NCBI GenBank assembly: GCA_040880145.1
Contig: JBBDIZ010000007.1
Coordinates: forward strand, 270 to 46,546
Source of the DNA: Simkaniaceae bacterium
GTDB lineage: Bacteria; Chlamydiota; Chlamydiia; Chlamydiales; JAJFMI01
DNA: 46,277 nt
Direction of reading: 5' to 3'
Both the position numbers and the translations under genes were made by a program. The notes under the pieces were generated by a model. It worked only from the letters and a program-made list of their open reading frames with translations. It did no database searches and was not told where the DNA came from. Below, in pieces: positions 28,095 through 38,010 of this stretch; position 1 is the first letter of the stretch, and every line of letters starts with the position of its first letter.

Positions 28095-29282
28095 ATGAAA
28101 AAGTTTCTGCCAATTGCGGGACTGTTAGTTGCAAGCATCACCCATCTTCAAGGTGCTTACAACGATAACAATTCTTGCTCGCCAAAGCCTGCGTGCCCAA
28201 AGCCGGCATGCCCAAAACCGGCATGCCCGCCAAAATGCCCTAGAGAGTGCCCGCCTCCAAGAGAGACCTGCAATCCTCCGGGAATGATCAACGATTGTAT
28301 GCCAAAAGTCATCACACCTTCAGCAGGTCCTCGTGTTTGCTGTGGAGTTGATGTTTTTGTTACAGCTGACTTTATCTACTGGACATCCCGCATGGATGGA
28401 CTTGGATATGCAACATCAGGGGTAAGACCTACTGCAGATATCGATCCATCTAAAGGAAGTGTAAAACATCCTGATTTCGGTTTTGACCCAGGCTTCAAAG
28501 TAGGTCTTGGATTGAATCTTGGTCATGATGGATGGGATCTTTTCGCTCAGTATACCTGGCTATATACTAGCAAAGTTTCAGATAGTGCATCTTCAGGTGT
28601 AGATTCTTTAGCGGACTCTCAACTCAGCCCGCTTGTTTATACAACCGGAACCATTTCAAGTGGACCAAGTGACACGGTGTCTTCTGCACGCTCTTCATTT
28701 GATATTAACCTTAATGTCATCGATTTAGAGCTTGGACGTAACTTCTTCGTAAGTCGTTACCTAAAAATTCGCCCTCACTTCGGCCTGAAAGGCGCTTGGT
28801 ATGATTCATACAACAACGTAAATTATGTTGGTGATTCAACAGATGACGTAAACTTAAATGCTGTAAGCATTCATCAAGACCAAGATTACTGGGGTGTTGG
28901 TATCCGTGCCGGTATGAATACCTCATGGCACTTTACAAGAAGTTTCTCAGTAGTTGGTAATGTGATTCTTTCCTCTCTTTGGGGTGAGTTTGATGTGACA
29001 CGTAAAGATACTGAGTACAACACACTTGATGCTGCTCTTGTAAATGATACCTATCTCAATACTGAGAATGATTTCCATTCAATGAAAGCTGTTCTTGAAC
29101 TCTTTCTTGGATTACGCTGGGATACTTGGTTCTGCAATGATGACTTCCACTTCAGCATAGATGCCGGTTGGGAAGAGCAACTTTGGATCAACCATAATCA
29201 ATTCTTCAGCCTTTATGAAGAAGGAAGCCATGGAGACTTATACTTCCACGGTTTAACTCTGAAGTTCAGATTCGACTTCTAA
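28095..29282 (+). CDS. MOMP-like outer membrane protein, copy 4, with a Cys/Pro-rich N-terminal repeat
   Basis: MKKFL signal (alternative start 28086), (PKPAC)x3-PPKC-PREC, TADFIYW, terminal FRFDF. Confidence 0.88.
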   Translation: MKKFLPIAGLLVASITHLQGAYNDNNSCSPKPACPKPACPKPACPPKCPRECPPPRETCNPPGMINDCMPKVITPSAGPRVCCGVDVFVTADFIYWTSRMDGLGYATSGVRPTADIDPSKGSVKHPDFGFDPGFKVGLGLNLGHDGWDLFAQYTWLYTSKVSDSASSGVDSLADSQLSPLVYTTGTISSGPSDTVSSARSSFDINLNVIDLELGRNFFVSRYLKIRPHFGLKGAWYDSYNNVNYVGDSTDDVNLNAVSIHQDQDYWGVGIRAGMNTSWHFTRSFSVVGNVILSSLWGEFDVTRKDTEYNTLDAALVNDTYLNTENDFHSMKAVLELFLGLRWDTWFCNDDFHFSIDAGWEEQLWINHNQFFSLYEEGSHGDLYFHGLTLKFRFDF

Positions 29283-29305
29283 GCTAAAACTTAGATAAGC
29301 GATTC

Positions 29306-29338
29306 AAAAACCCAGGCGTCTTCGTCTGGGTTTTTTTT
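29306..29338 (+). terminator. Rho-independent terminator after porin copy 4
   Basis: AAAAACCCAGGCG-TCTT-CGTCTGGG followed by T8. Confidence 0.88.
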
Positions 29339-29377
29339 ATTGGCGACATAAAAAAAATATGATACACATTTCCCTGT

Positions 29378-30442
29378 ATGAAAAAATTTCTTCCCCTTCT
29401 TTTTGTCTTTTCCCTTCTTTCAAAAGAACTCGATGATGAGAAAAAGGGACCTCAACAAATAGAACCTCTCACGAATGAGGAATCTGAAATAGATCCATGC
29501 GATTGCCTCTTCTCTTTTCCAACAGCAAGACCTATGGTTTGTAATGGAAATGATATCTTTATCACAGCTGATTTCATTCTATGGCAGTTAAATGAAGAGG
29601 GAACGTCTTTTTCATATCGCTCTGCGCAAGACTCTCTTGGAAATCGGATGCATCGAGGAAAAAGCTATGCACCTGATTATGGTCTAAATCCAGGATATCG
29701 ACTTGGGCTTGGAATTGATCTATCGAAAGATGAATGGGATTTATTCATCCAATACACTTGGCTTCACAGTCACGGGGATAAAGAAAATGTGAGTGAAAAG
29801 GATCTATCAACTTCAACGCTTGCCCCGCTTTGGTTCATTGGAAATCTTCTCTCTCCAACTTCTAGACTGACTTTTGCTACAGGTCGATTTGAACACCACC
29901 TCAATGTCTTTGATATAGAACTTGGACGAAACTTTTTTGTCAGTCCTTTTTTAAAAATTCGTCCTAAAGTGGGCCTGAAGGGGACTTGGCAGGATGAAGA
30001 CTATCACGTGAGTTATCAGATCCAAAATGGAAATAGCGATCAACAGTATCAGCTCTCTATGGAACAAGATTTTTTTGGATTTGGACCAAGAGCGGGGGTC
30101 GATTCAGCTTGGCAATTTACAAATAACTTTAGCATGGTTGGGAAATTTGCTTTATCCGGTCTTTGGAGCTTCTTTGATGTTTCAAGACGCGATACTTTTG
30201 AACAAGAGCGGTATTATCATATATGCAATAAATTTCACTCTGTAAAATCTGTTTTAGAGCTTTACTTAGGCCTTCGTTTTGAGGCATGGGTTCATTGTAA
30301 TCGTTATCACCTGCAAATCGATGCAGGTTATGAGCAACAGAACTGGATGAATCAAAACCAATACGTTCGCCTCTATGAACCTTCTTCTCATGGAGATAAA
30401 ATTTTCCACGGGTTAACTTTGCAATTTCGTCTCGATTTTTAA
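29378..30442 (+). CDS. MOMP-like outer membrane protein, copy 5
   Basis: TADFILW, DEWD...YTW, ELGRNFF, EQQNW, terminal FRLDF. Confidence 0.85.
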   Translation: MKKFLPLLFVFSLLSKELDDEKKGPQQIEPLTNEESEIDPCDCLFSFPTARPMVCNGNDIFITADFILWQLNEEGTSFSYRSAQDSLGNRMHRGKSYAPDYGLNPGYRLGLGIDLSKDEWDLFIQYTWLHSHGDKENVSEKDLSTSTLAPLWFIGNLLSPTSRLTFATGRFEHHLNVFDIELGRNFFVSPFLKIRPKVGLKGTWQDEDYHVSYQIQNGNSDQQYQLSMEQDFFGFGPRAGVDSAWQFTNNFSMVGKFALSGLWSFFDVSRRDTFEQERYYHICNKFHSVKSVLELYLGLRFEAWVHCNRYHLQIDAGYEQQNWMNQNQYVRLYEPSSHGDKIFHGLTLQFRLDF

Positions 30443-31278
30443 AGAGGAATTGGATTGAAATTATTCAGAATGTCCTGCAAATGAATGAGCCATTCAAAGC
30501 TTGTTTTACCCAGCATTTTTAAGATAAAAGACCAGGAAAGTAAGAGCATCAGAAGACCTACAAAGGACTTTAAAGAAAGACCTAAAAAGGCAATCTGTAC
30601 TTGCGGAGCCAGTCTGTTTGCAATTCCTAAAAAAGCCTCAGCCATTAAAATTGCAACCATAGCAGGTGCAGCAAGCTGTATCGCCATGCTAAATAGATGA
30701 TGCAGCATCCCCACTGATGTTTTCCAAATGGGCATATTCAGGTTAAAAAAATTAGGATTGATGAATTCATTAACAGGGATGATATCAAAAGACTTTAAGA
30801 GAGCAGTAATAAAGAAGAACACACCGCCAATTTGGAAGAATAGGACGAGCAGCATGTTGTTATAAAGAATCCCAAGGGATGAACTTTGCATTTGCATCGT
30901 AATGTCTTGGCTCATCATAGAGGAGGAGCCTCTTTGATAATCGATAATCGTCCCGGAAGTTGAAGCGATATAAAAGGGAACGGTGGCTAAAAATCCCATG
31001 ATAAAACCGATTAAAAGCTCTTTTATGCTTAAAATTATAAACATAAGATCGAAGGGGATGTCATGGACGGCTTTAACGATCTGGATCGGAAGTATAATAA
31101 AGGTTAGCGCAATGGCGAATCCTATACGGATGGAGCCGGGTATGAGTTTAGCTCCGAGAAAGGGAGCGATGACCAAAATAGGAATGATTCGAATAAAAAT
31201 AAGAAGAAAGATCGAAAGAACGCCGATAGGTGTGAGGTGGGGGTTTGTAAAAATAAACCCCAGGTAGTTAAAATCCAA
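30439..31278 (-). CDS. sctT: T3SS export apparatus protein SctT
   Basis: R...I..APFLG, KE.LIG, G.IID.QRG, LGIANRLAPQVQ. Confidence 0.93.
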   Translation of the reverse strand: MDFNYLGFIFTNPHLTPIGVLSIFLLIFIRIIPILVIAPFLGAKLIPGSIRIGFAIALTFIILPIQIVKAVHDIPFDLMFIILSIKELLIGFIMGFLATVPFYIASTSGTIIDYQRGSSSMMSQDITMQMQSSSLGILYNNMLLVLFFQIGGVFFFITALLKSFDIIPVNEFINPNFFNLNMPIWKTSVGMLHHLFSMAIQLAAPAMVAILMAEAFLGIANRLAPQVQIAFLGLSLKSFVGLLMLLLSWSFILKMLGKTSFEWLIHLQDILNNFNPIPL

Positions 31279-31285
31279 AGGTGAC

Positions 31286-31555
31286 TCAAGTTCCCCATTT
31301 GAAGAAATTATTCATGATCGTAGAGGCAAATTGCAATATTTGAGCGCTTAAAAAGCCTCCCATAATCATCAGCGTCAGGATAACGGCTACAAGTTTAACG
31401 GTAAAAGAAAGAGTCTGCTCCTGAATTTGCGTTGCGGCTTGAAAAATGGCCACAAACAGCCCTAGCGTCATACTGATCAAGATGGGAGGGCCTGATAGAA
31501 TCAAGATGAGAAGAAGGGCTTGATAGGAAAGCTGATAGATTTCATTTGAATACAT
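31286..31555 (-). CDS. sctS: T3SS export apparatus protein SctS
   Basis: GLFVAIFQAATQIQEQTLSF.VKL. Confidence 0.95.
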   Translation of the reverse strand: MYSNEIYQLSYQALLLILILSGPPILISMTLGLFVAIFQAATQIQEQTLSFTVKLVAVILTLMIMGGFLSAQILQFASTIMNNFFKWGT

Positions 31556-31558
31556 CGT

Positions 31559-32314
31559 TCACCTATAAGTTAAGACTAAGCCTCGAACGATGAGTGTCCA
31601 TCCATCCACCATTACAAGAAGAAGAAGTTTTAAAGGCAGCGAAATGGTTAGAGGCGAAAGCATCATCATTCCCATGGCGAGCAAGATATTAGAGGTCACA
31701 AGATCGATGACAAAGAAGGGGAGATAGATGAGAACACCGATTTCAAAGGCCGCTTTAACTTGTGAAGTAATGAAGGAGGGAATGAGAATGATAAAATCAG
31801 AAATTTTCAATTCTTCCCGGTACTCCGGAGGAAAATTGCGGTAAGCAAGTTGGTAAAAGTAGCGTTGATGCTGAGGGTAGGTGTTGCGTTCTAAAAATTC
31901 TCTTAGGGGCTCTTTTGCGACATCGACGACTTCAACAATATAGAGAGCGGTCTGTGATGAAAAGAGCTCTGTTGGGACGGTTTCCGTATACTTTTCAGCC
32001 GCTTTATACATGGCAAGCCCTGTTGGAAACATCACGTAAACCGACATGAGAAGCGAGATTCCGATTATGGCTTGGTTGGGTGGAGAGTTTTGCACCCCAA
32101 GTGCACTGCGAAGAAGCGATAGGACGATAACCATCTTTAAAAAAGAAGTTAAAAGCATGACGGCAAAGGGCAGTATCGTAAAGCCTGCTAAGACGATCAT
32201 CTCGATTAAGACGTTAGGCTGTCCGCCCTCAGGGATAGCACCCGGCATGGCAGGGCTTTCAGCTAAGAGGAAGACCGGAAGAAGAAGGAGGATAAAAGCA
32301 AGTAGGCGTTTCAT
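31559..32314 (-). CDS. sctR: T3SS export apparatus protein SctR
   Basis: TSFLK..IVL..LRSALGVQ..PPNQ, AFEIG..IYLPF.VIDL, LAMGMMM. Confidence 0.95.
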   Translation of the reverse strand: MKRLLAFILLLLPVFLLAESPAMPGAIPEGGQPNVLIEMIVLAGFTILPFAVMLLTSFLKMVIVLSLLRSALGVQNSPPNQAIIGISLLMSVYVMFPTGLAMYKAAEKYTETVPTELFSSQTALYIVEVVDVAKEPLREFLERNTYPQHQRYFYQLAYRNFPPEYREELKISDFIILIPSFITSQVKAAFEIGVLIYLPFFVIDLVTSNILLAMGMMMLSPLTISLPLKLLLLVMVDGWTLIVRGLVLTYR

Positions 32315-32940
32315 GGTTTCTGTTTGAGGTGGGTTTCAAATGCGGCTTCTAAAGCGCGCCACTGGTTCTCTAAGGAGGCGTTGATAATTCCCCCTTCAGT
32401 TTCGATCACGCAGTCTCCTTTGTCAAGGTCAGAGCGCTCTTCGATTTTTAGGACATCTACGTGTTCAAGAAGATTTTTAAATTGTGCTTTTTGGTTTTCC
32501 AAGGTTTCTAAGTCTTCTTTACTCACCAATATTTTAATTTTTGAAGCATCTTTTACAGGCTTTAGTGCTTGTAGAACAATATCTACAATCGCCTCGGAGT
32601 GCATTTCCAACTCTCGGCCAAGGATTTTCTTGGCAGCTTTTAGAGCTAAAGGAAGGATCCATTGATTCATTTCATGATGGACTTGACGAATCTTATCGTC
32701 AAGCTTAAGAATTTTTTCATTGAGTTGTTTTAAGCCTTCTTGAAAGCCCTCTTCTTTCGCTTTTTCGCGTAAAAGTCGACACTCTTCTTCATTTTCACGC
32801 TTATACGCTTCGACATCCTTCAGAGCCTCTTCAATAATTGCTTTTCCAGATAGGACCTCTTCAAAGGAGGCGCTTTTCAATATTTTTCCGGAGTGCTCTA
32901 AATGAACATCCCCTTTTTTGATCATTGAAAAAAGTTTCAT
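32311..32940 (-). CDS. sctL: T3SS stator SctL (FliH-like)
   Basis: AKEEGFQEG, GDCVIETEGGIINASL; synteny. Confidence 0.9.
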   Translation of the reverse strand: MKLFSMIKKGDVHLEHSGKILKSASFEEVLSGKAIIEEALKDVEAYKRENEEECRLLREKAKEEGFQEGLKQLNEKILKLDDKIRQVHHEMNQWILPLALKAAKKILGRELEMHSEAIVDIVLQALKPVKDASKIKILVSKEDLETLENQKAQFKNLLEHVDVLKIEERSDLDKGDCVIETEGGIINASLENQWRALEAAFETHLKQKP

Positions 32941-33788
32941 GCAGCCACCTGGTTTAGAGTTTGCAAAACAGAAAGAACTTCTTTAAGCAAGGTTTGATGG
33001 GCTTCTGGGTTTTTGATGTTCACGGAAAGCTTTTCTAAAGCAAGAGCCTGTTTTAGGCCAAGTTTGAGTCCAAGATATGCAATGAGGTTAGGTTCTTCAC
33101 CATGAAGCGCTTTGGCGAGCCGATTTAACCCTCTTGTTTTGATGACTAAGTCGAGACTCTCTTCTGAAAAGTCCCATTTGTTTAAATGAAGTGGAGAAAA
33201 TGTAAGAGAAGAGCGGGTTGTTCGAATCAATTTAAGATACTCTTTTTCTTCTTCAGATAAAATCTCATCGATTTTTTTTAAAACTTTAGTTTCAATGACT
33301 TTTTTAATTTCAATGGATAGATCATAAAGGCCTAAAAAACGAATGATTCGGTTGAGATTGCGGCAGTCGAGATTGAGAAGAGGTGTGAGTGGGTGAGGGG
33401 GAAGGCAGGGAAGGGGGATGATTTTTTTTGGATATTCGAGCAAAATCATCGAATAGAGCTTTGTTTTTAAAAAATTCCCGGCTTTCTCAGTGAGGGGGAT
33501 CGTTTCAGGGTCAAGAGTATATTTTGCGGCTAAAAAATCTCTTTGTTCAATTGATAAACAGGATAAAAAAAGACGTTTATCATTATCGGTGTAATGGTCT
33601 AAAGGCTTTATAAAAAACTGAGGATGAATCGTGAGCAGAAAAGAGGATTCAAATTCTTTTGGTTTTTGATCGATTAAGGGAAGAGATAAAATTTTCTCAG
33701 ACTCATTTTTTTGGAGGAAAGAGCAGAGATGACTCCTCTCTTCGATAGAACAAAAAAATGCATTGAGAACATAGGAATTTACATTCAC
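32937..33788 (-). CDS. Chlamydial CT560-like (putative SctK) T3SS protein
   Basis: Lies between sctJ and sctL; IHP, LGLYDL..E, RGL.RLAKAL motifs. Confidence 0.7.
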   Translation of the reverse strand: MNVNSYVLNAFFCSIEERSHLCSFLQKNESEKILSLPLIDQKPKEFESSFLLTIHPQFFIKPLDHYTDNDKRLFLSCLSIEQRDFLAAKYTLDPETIPLTEKAGNFLKTKLYSMILLEYPKKIIPLPCLPPHPLTPLLNLDCRNLNRIIRFLGLYDLSIEIKKVIETKVLKKIDEILSEEEKEYLKLIRTTRSSLTFSPLHLNKWDFSEESLDLVIKTRGLNRLAKALHGEEPNLIAYLGLKLGLKQALALEKLSVNIKNPEAHQTLLKEVLSVLQTLNQVAA

Positions 33789-33791
33789 AAG

Positions 33792-34718
33792 TTAAAGCCC
33801 TTTTTCTTCTGTTTTTTCAACACCCTCTTCTGAAACAACTTGATGAGTGGGCTCAGGTACGATTGGATTGAGTCTAAAGATCTCTTTTAGGCCGCCCTTT
33901 CGTTTGAATATGGGATAAACCTTCCAGATAAGCCATCCAAAGCCAACAGCAAAAATAAGAGCAAAGAAAATCAATGCAAAGAAGATCGATCGAAATCTCG
34001 AAGCGGAGGCTTCACTCATGACAATTGACCAAATACTGACGTAATCTTTTTGAGAGCCGGTTAAGGATTCCATTTCAGGAGTAATGGTAAGATCAGCGTA
34101 GCGCGCTTTGTCGCTCACAACGGTTACATCATTGATATTGAGCCCTGTTATACTTCCTGAAACCAGGCGTTTAACCTTGCTCTCTAAGTGAGTGTTGGGA
34201 TCATCAAATACGCCCTGATGTTTGACGTAGACAGCAGCTGTAATTTTTTCATCCTTTTGATCGCCCGGTATGAGCTGTTCTGGAGGGAAGCTCAGCTGAA
34301 CACTGGCATCGATCACTCCATCCATGAGTCGAATCATGTTGGAAATTTGGGAGGCTAAGCCGGCTTGATAGCGGATGGTCTCTTCCTTGTCTGAAGACAT
34401 GAGCCCTGCTTTAGCAAATAGCTGTAAAAGATCCGTTCCCATTTGCCTTGGAAGCCCTGCCTGATTGAGTAGGGCCATCGACTCTACCAGCGATTCTTGA
34501 GGAACATGAATGTCATACATTGTCTGCGTTTGCTGCCCTGCCATGACCTCGCTGGCTGCGCGAATTTTGGTAGCTGGAATGCCCTTCGATTCGAGGAAAA
34601 CAACAATGATATTGGCTTCTCTCTCTGTTACACCTGAGACAACATTTGCATCATTACCGCAGGAGGTTAAGAAAAGAAAAAGAAGAAAAAAACATGAAAT
34701 TGATAATTTTTTAAACAT
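33792..34718 (-). CDS. sctJ: T3SS inner-membrane ring lipoprotein SctJ
   Basis: Lipobox LTSC, EREAN.I, GLPR, MDGVIDASV, C-terminal TM helix. Confidence 0.93.
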   Translation of the reverse strand: MFKKLSISCFFLLFLFLTSCGNDANVVSGVTEREANIIVVFLESKGIPATKIRAASEVMAGQQTQTMYDIHVPQESLVESMALLNQAGLPRQMGTDLLQLFAKAGLMSSDKEETIRYQAGLASQISNMIRLMDGVIDASVQLSFPPEQLIPGDQKDEKITAAVYVKHQGVFDDPNTHLESKVKRLVSGSITGLNINDVTVVSDKARYADLTITPEMESLTGSQKDYVSIWSIVMSEASASRFRSIFFALIFFALIFAVGFGWLIWKVYPIFKRKGGLKEIFRLNPIVPEPTHQVVSEEGVEKTEEKGL

Positions 34719-34770
34719 AACGATTTATGGCTCTTTTAGAATCTAACTTTCGATTATACCAATAATTGTA

Positions 34771-35745
34771 TTATTGTCCAAAGATCCAAGAAGGGGCATT
34801 GCCGAAACGTTTGAGATAGTAATCTCTGAAGCCGCAGAGAGCGGCTTTATAGGTTCGGATTTTTCTCAGGCGGATAGAATGGTCTTCCCCTTTTTTCAAG
34901 CAATACCAAAGTCGTAGTTGAAGAGATTTAAGACAATACAGCTTAAAAATATGTAGAACTTCTGGAAAGATTACTCTCCAAAAAAGACGCCGCCTCTCTT
35001 TTGCTTCAATTTGCCTTTTTAGAAAAAGAAGACGATTCCGCCAGAAAAAATACGTGGTATGAGGGCGTCCTCCGGTCATAGAAGCTGAGACTTTATGCCA
35101 AATTTTAGCTTCAGGAATATAAAGGACGCGAAACCCTTGTTTTTTTGCAGAAAGACAAAAATCACTCTCTTCAAAAAAGAGAAAGTAGCGTTTTTCGAGC
35201 AACCCCACCTTTTCAAAGGCTTGCCTTGGTGCAAAAAGCGCAGCTCCGCAAACATAGTCGAGTTCAAGAGATTTTTCAAACTGAATCCCATCATCTAAAA
35301 CTCGATTTCCAATCAGGTCAAATTGGCCCAATTTTTGATTCCAATTTCCCCCAAGGTGGTCAAATCGTTTGGGATCGCTGTAGGTATAGAGTTTGGGGCC
35401 TAATATCGTTTGACGGTCTGCCTTTGCGATAAAAGCAGACAGAGCATCCGGGGCAACAATGGTATCGTTATTGAGAAGAAAAAGAAACTTCGCCCCTCGA
35501 TCCAGTGCGATTTTAATCGCTCGGTTATTTCCTTCTGCAAAGCCTAAATTTTCTCCATTTTCTAGAAGAAAAACCTGTTGAAAGCTTTTGCGAAGCAGGG
35601 TTATAGAGCCATCTGTTGATCCATTATCAGCAACGATGATTTCGAAATTTGGGTACTCGACCTCTGAAAGAGATTCGAGACACTCTACGGTATCTTCAAT
35701 GCCATTCCAATTGAGAATGATGACTGCAATTTTTGGAGTATCCAT
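34771..35745 (-). CDS. GT2-family glycosyltransferase
   Basis: IILNWNG, DNGSTDGS, NLGFAEGNN, LLNND, FFEESD. Confidence 0.9.
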   Translation of the reverse strand: MDTPKIAVIILNWNGIEDTVECLESLSEVEYPNFEIIVADNGSTDGSITLLRKSFQQVFLLENGENLGFAEGNNRAIKIALDRGAKFLFLLNNDTIVAPDALSAFIAKADRQTILGPKLYTYSDPKRFDHLGGNWNQKLGQFDLIGNRVLDDGIQFEKSLELDYVCGAALFAPRQAFEKVGLLEKRYFLFFEESDFCLSAKKQGFRVLYIPEAKIWHKVSASMTGGRPHTTYFFWRNRLLFLKRQIEAKERRRLFWRVIFPEVLHIFKLYCLKSLQLRLWYCLKKGEDHSIRLRKIRTYKAALCGFRDYYLKRFGNAPSWIFGQ

Positions 35746-35806
35746 GCTTCTTAAGCATTCTAGCAAAAGAAACAACATTACTCAAACACTATCTTTAAAA
35801 TATTAA

Positions 35807-36919
35807 TTATAATGAAAAGATTTCTAATAGGGAGAAAATAAAGGCTTCGTTCTCAGAAAGGGGGTAAATCTTTTTCTGAACTTCAGAGGCTTCTTCTTTA
35901 GTTAGCTTCAGATCGATCTCTTCAGAAATCAAAAGATAGACTCTCGGGTCAAAAAGAGATTTTTTTAAAAGAGCATAGCCTTCAGCGGCAGAGGGCTGAT
36001 TCGAAAAATTCCGAATTTGATCGAGCAATTCCTGGGGATGGAGTTTGTGCTGCTGCTTGTCGTAACATGCTTTAACGCTATGTAAGTTCTTTCCCGTAAA
36101 GAGAATACTCATTGTGAAATGGGGTTTTTCTGCTTTGGGCAGTAATAGGCTTCCCCCTCGAGCTTCGACAAATACTTTTAGAGCATGAAAATTAACAGGG
36201 AGGGAAAAAGTTTGATGCCAATCGAACTTTGGGAGCCTGAACGCTTCAGGTGAGACGGGGCCTTTATCTCCTATAATAATCAACGAATCTTGAGGCAATT
36301 TTTCAATCACATCAAAGGCGCCTGTCGGGAATAAAAAAGGGGTATTGTGCAGGGTGTTTGCGTACTCTATGAGAAAGGGAGAGGGGTTTTTTAGGGGCTT
36401 AAATGAGTAGCTTTCACAAGATGCATCTACCAAGCCTTGATAAATTTGATGATTGGTTACTTTAAAGAGGTCTTGTTGAATGGTATCAAAGAAATAATTC
36501 GCGATAACGATAAGAGGCTTTTCAAACTCAATGGGATCATTTTCTACATCAAGCTTTAGGATCTTTAGCAAGCCTTTTGACAGGAAGGGTTTTAACTTGG
36601 GATGATTGTGATAAAAATCGATCAGATGATCCGAAAAATCGGAAAGATAATAGGTGAAGGGAGGAGGTTTTTGCTTTAATAATTCGACTAAAAAGTGAAA
36701 AGCAAATTCTCCGCTACCGCCTCCAAGTTCTAAAATGGGGCGAGGAGCTTGATTCAATATAGAGAGCACAAGCTCGGCATAGTAGGATGCGGTTAAAGGG
36801 CTAGAGGTGATTTGGCTCGGTACAAGATGTTGACTCCAGCACTTGGGGCCGAGATTGAAATATTGCTCTCGTTGAACCTCCCAAAACTTTGCTTTTGAAA
36901 ACACTTCTTTTTTGTTCAT
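35807..36919 (-). CDS. SAM-dependent methyltransferase (MidA/NDUFAF7-like)
   Basis: ILELGGGSGEF, IANYFFD, GDKG; start overlaps the GT9 stop (ATGA). Confidence 0.7.
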   Translation of the reverse strand: MNKKEVFSKAKFWEVQREQYFNLGPKCWSQHLVPSQITSSPLTASYYAELVLSILNQAPRPILELGGGSGEFAFHFLVELLKQKPPPFTYYLSDFSDHLIDFYHNHPKLKPFLSKGLLKILKLDVENDPIEFEKPLIVIANYFFDTIQQDLFKVTNHQIYQGLVDASCESYSFKPLKNPSPFLIEYANTLHNTPFLFPTGAFDVIEKLPQDSLIIIGDKGPVSPEAFRLPKFDWHQTFSLPVNFHALKVFVEARGGSLLLPKAEKPHFTMSILFTGKNLHSVKACYDKQQHKLHPQELLDQIRNFSNQPSAAEGYALLKKSLFDPRVYLLISEEIDLKLTKEEASEVQKKIYPLSENEAFIFSLLEIFSL

Positions 36920-37941
36920 AAGATTGAATCGATTTCGTTTAGCAAGTTTGAGGCAGAAATTTGGTGAAGGCAAAAAGGGGATAAACACTTTTTCTTTAAA
37001 CAAGGCAGGCAAGTTTTATTGACGGAAATCACTCGGGAATTTGAAGTTAAGGGCCCGCAGCGTTTTGGATCTGTGGGGCCGAAAAGAGCAAGGATCGGAG
37101 TATTTAAAGCGGCTGCCATATGCATGGGGCCGGTATCATTGGTTACGAAACATTTTGCGGCTTTTAAAAGGTGGGCCATTTGAGCAAGAGTGAGTTTTCC
37201 GGCTAGTGATTGAGCGCCTTCAATCGAGTTTGCGACTTCATCAGAGAGTGCCTTTTCGGCTTTGCTTCCTGTAATTAAGATCGCAGCCTTCTTGGACAAG
37301 TGCTGACCTAATGAGATAAAATGCTCTTTCTGCCAACGCTTGAAGCTATCTTTTGCCCCAGGATGGAGCGCAATAAAAGGAGGCTTCGGCAGAGGGAAGG
37401 GCTCATCAATATGAAGCTCCATATCGAGAGAATCCGGCGCAATCTGAAGGGGCTTAAGTAGATGGAGTCGTCTTTGGATTTCGTGTTCATAGGTTAAGGG
37501 AATTGGATGGGTTAGAAGAGCATCTAGACCTTTGTTCAATCCTTCGGTGGCAATAAGAGTTCCGGGGTTTAATGCCTTGACTAAGGGTAAAAGGGCTCTT
37601 TGAGAAGTGTGAAAGAGGATTGCAGTATCAAAATATTTTTTTTTAAGTGTTCTATATAAAGGAATGAGCTTAGAAAAAAGAGGGTCTTGAAAGGAGAGGA
37701 CATGGTCGAGATGGGGATTATTCCTTAATAGCTCTTTTCCAATTGAAGAAGTTAGGCAGGTAAGAGAGCTTTTTGGATATTGTTTTTTTATCGCTCTTAT
37801 AGCCGGTGTTCCCCATAGCGTATCTCCAAGGCCTGTAGAGGAGACGATTAATATATTTTGAAAGATAGCTGAAACATTGGGGGTTGAAGGAAAAAACTTA
37901 AGAAAGCTTCGAATACAGGCATTTTTTATCATGCATACCAT
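36916..37941 (-). CDS. GT9-family glycosyltransferase (heptosyltransferase-like)
   Basis: GLGD, LHPGA...KRW, TNDTGPMHMAAA, LFGPT. Confidence 0.9.
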   Translation of the reverse strand: MVCMIKNACIRSFLKFFPSTPNVSAIFQNILIVSSTGLGDTLWGTPAIRAIKKQYPKSSLTCLTSSIGKELLRNNPHLDHVLSFQDPLFSKLIPLYRTLKKKYFDTAILFHTSQRALLPLVKALNPGTLIATEGLNKGLDALLTHPIPLTYEHEIQRRLHLLKPLQIAPDSLDMELHIDEPFPLPKPPFIALHPGAKDSFKRWQKEHFISLGQHLSKKAAILITGSKAEKALSDEVANSIEGAQSLAGKLTLAQMAHLLKAAKCFVTNDTGPMHMAAALNTPILALFGPTDPKRCGPLTSNSRVISVNKTCLPCLKKKCLSPFCLHQISASNLLNEIDSIL

Positions 37942-37981
37942 TTTAGCAGATCAATAGACATCTTGCATAACCCCAATTTCT

Positions 37982-38010
37982 TGCCCCTGCCCCTGCCCTT
38001 GCCCTTGCCT
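37982..38010 (-). repeat. Subterminal hexamer array (TGCCCY)x4-5
   Basis: TGCCCC TGCCCC TGCCCT TGCCCT TGCCT. Confidence 0.9.
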
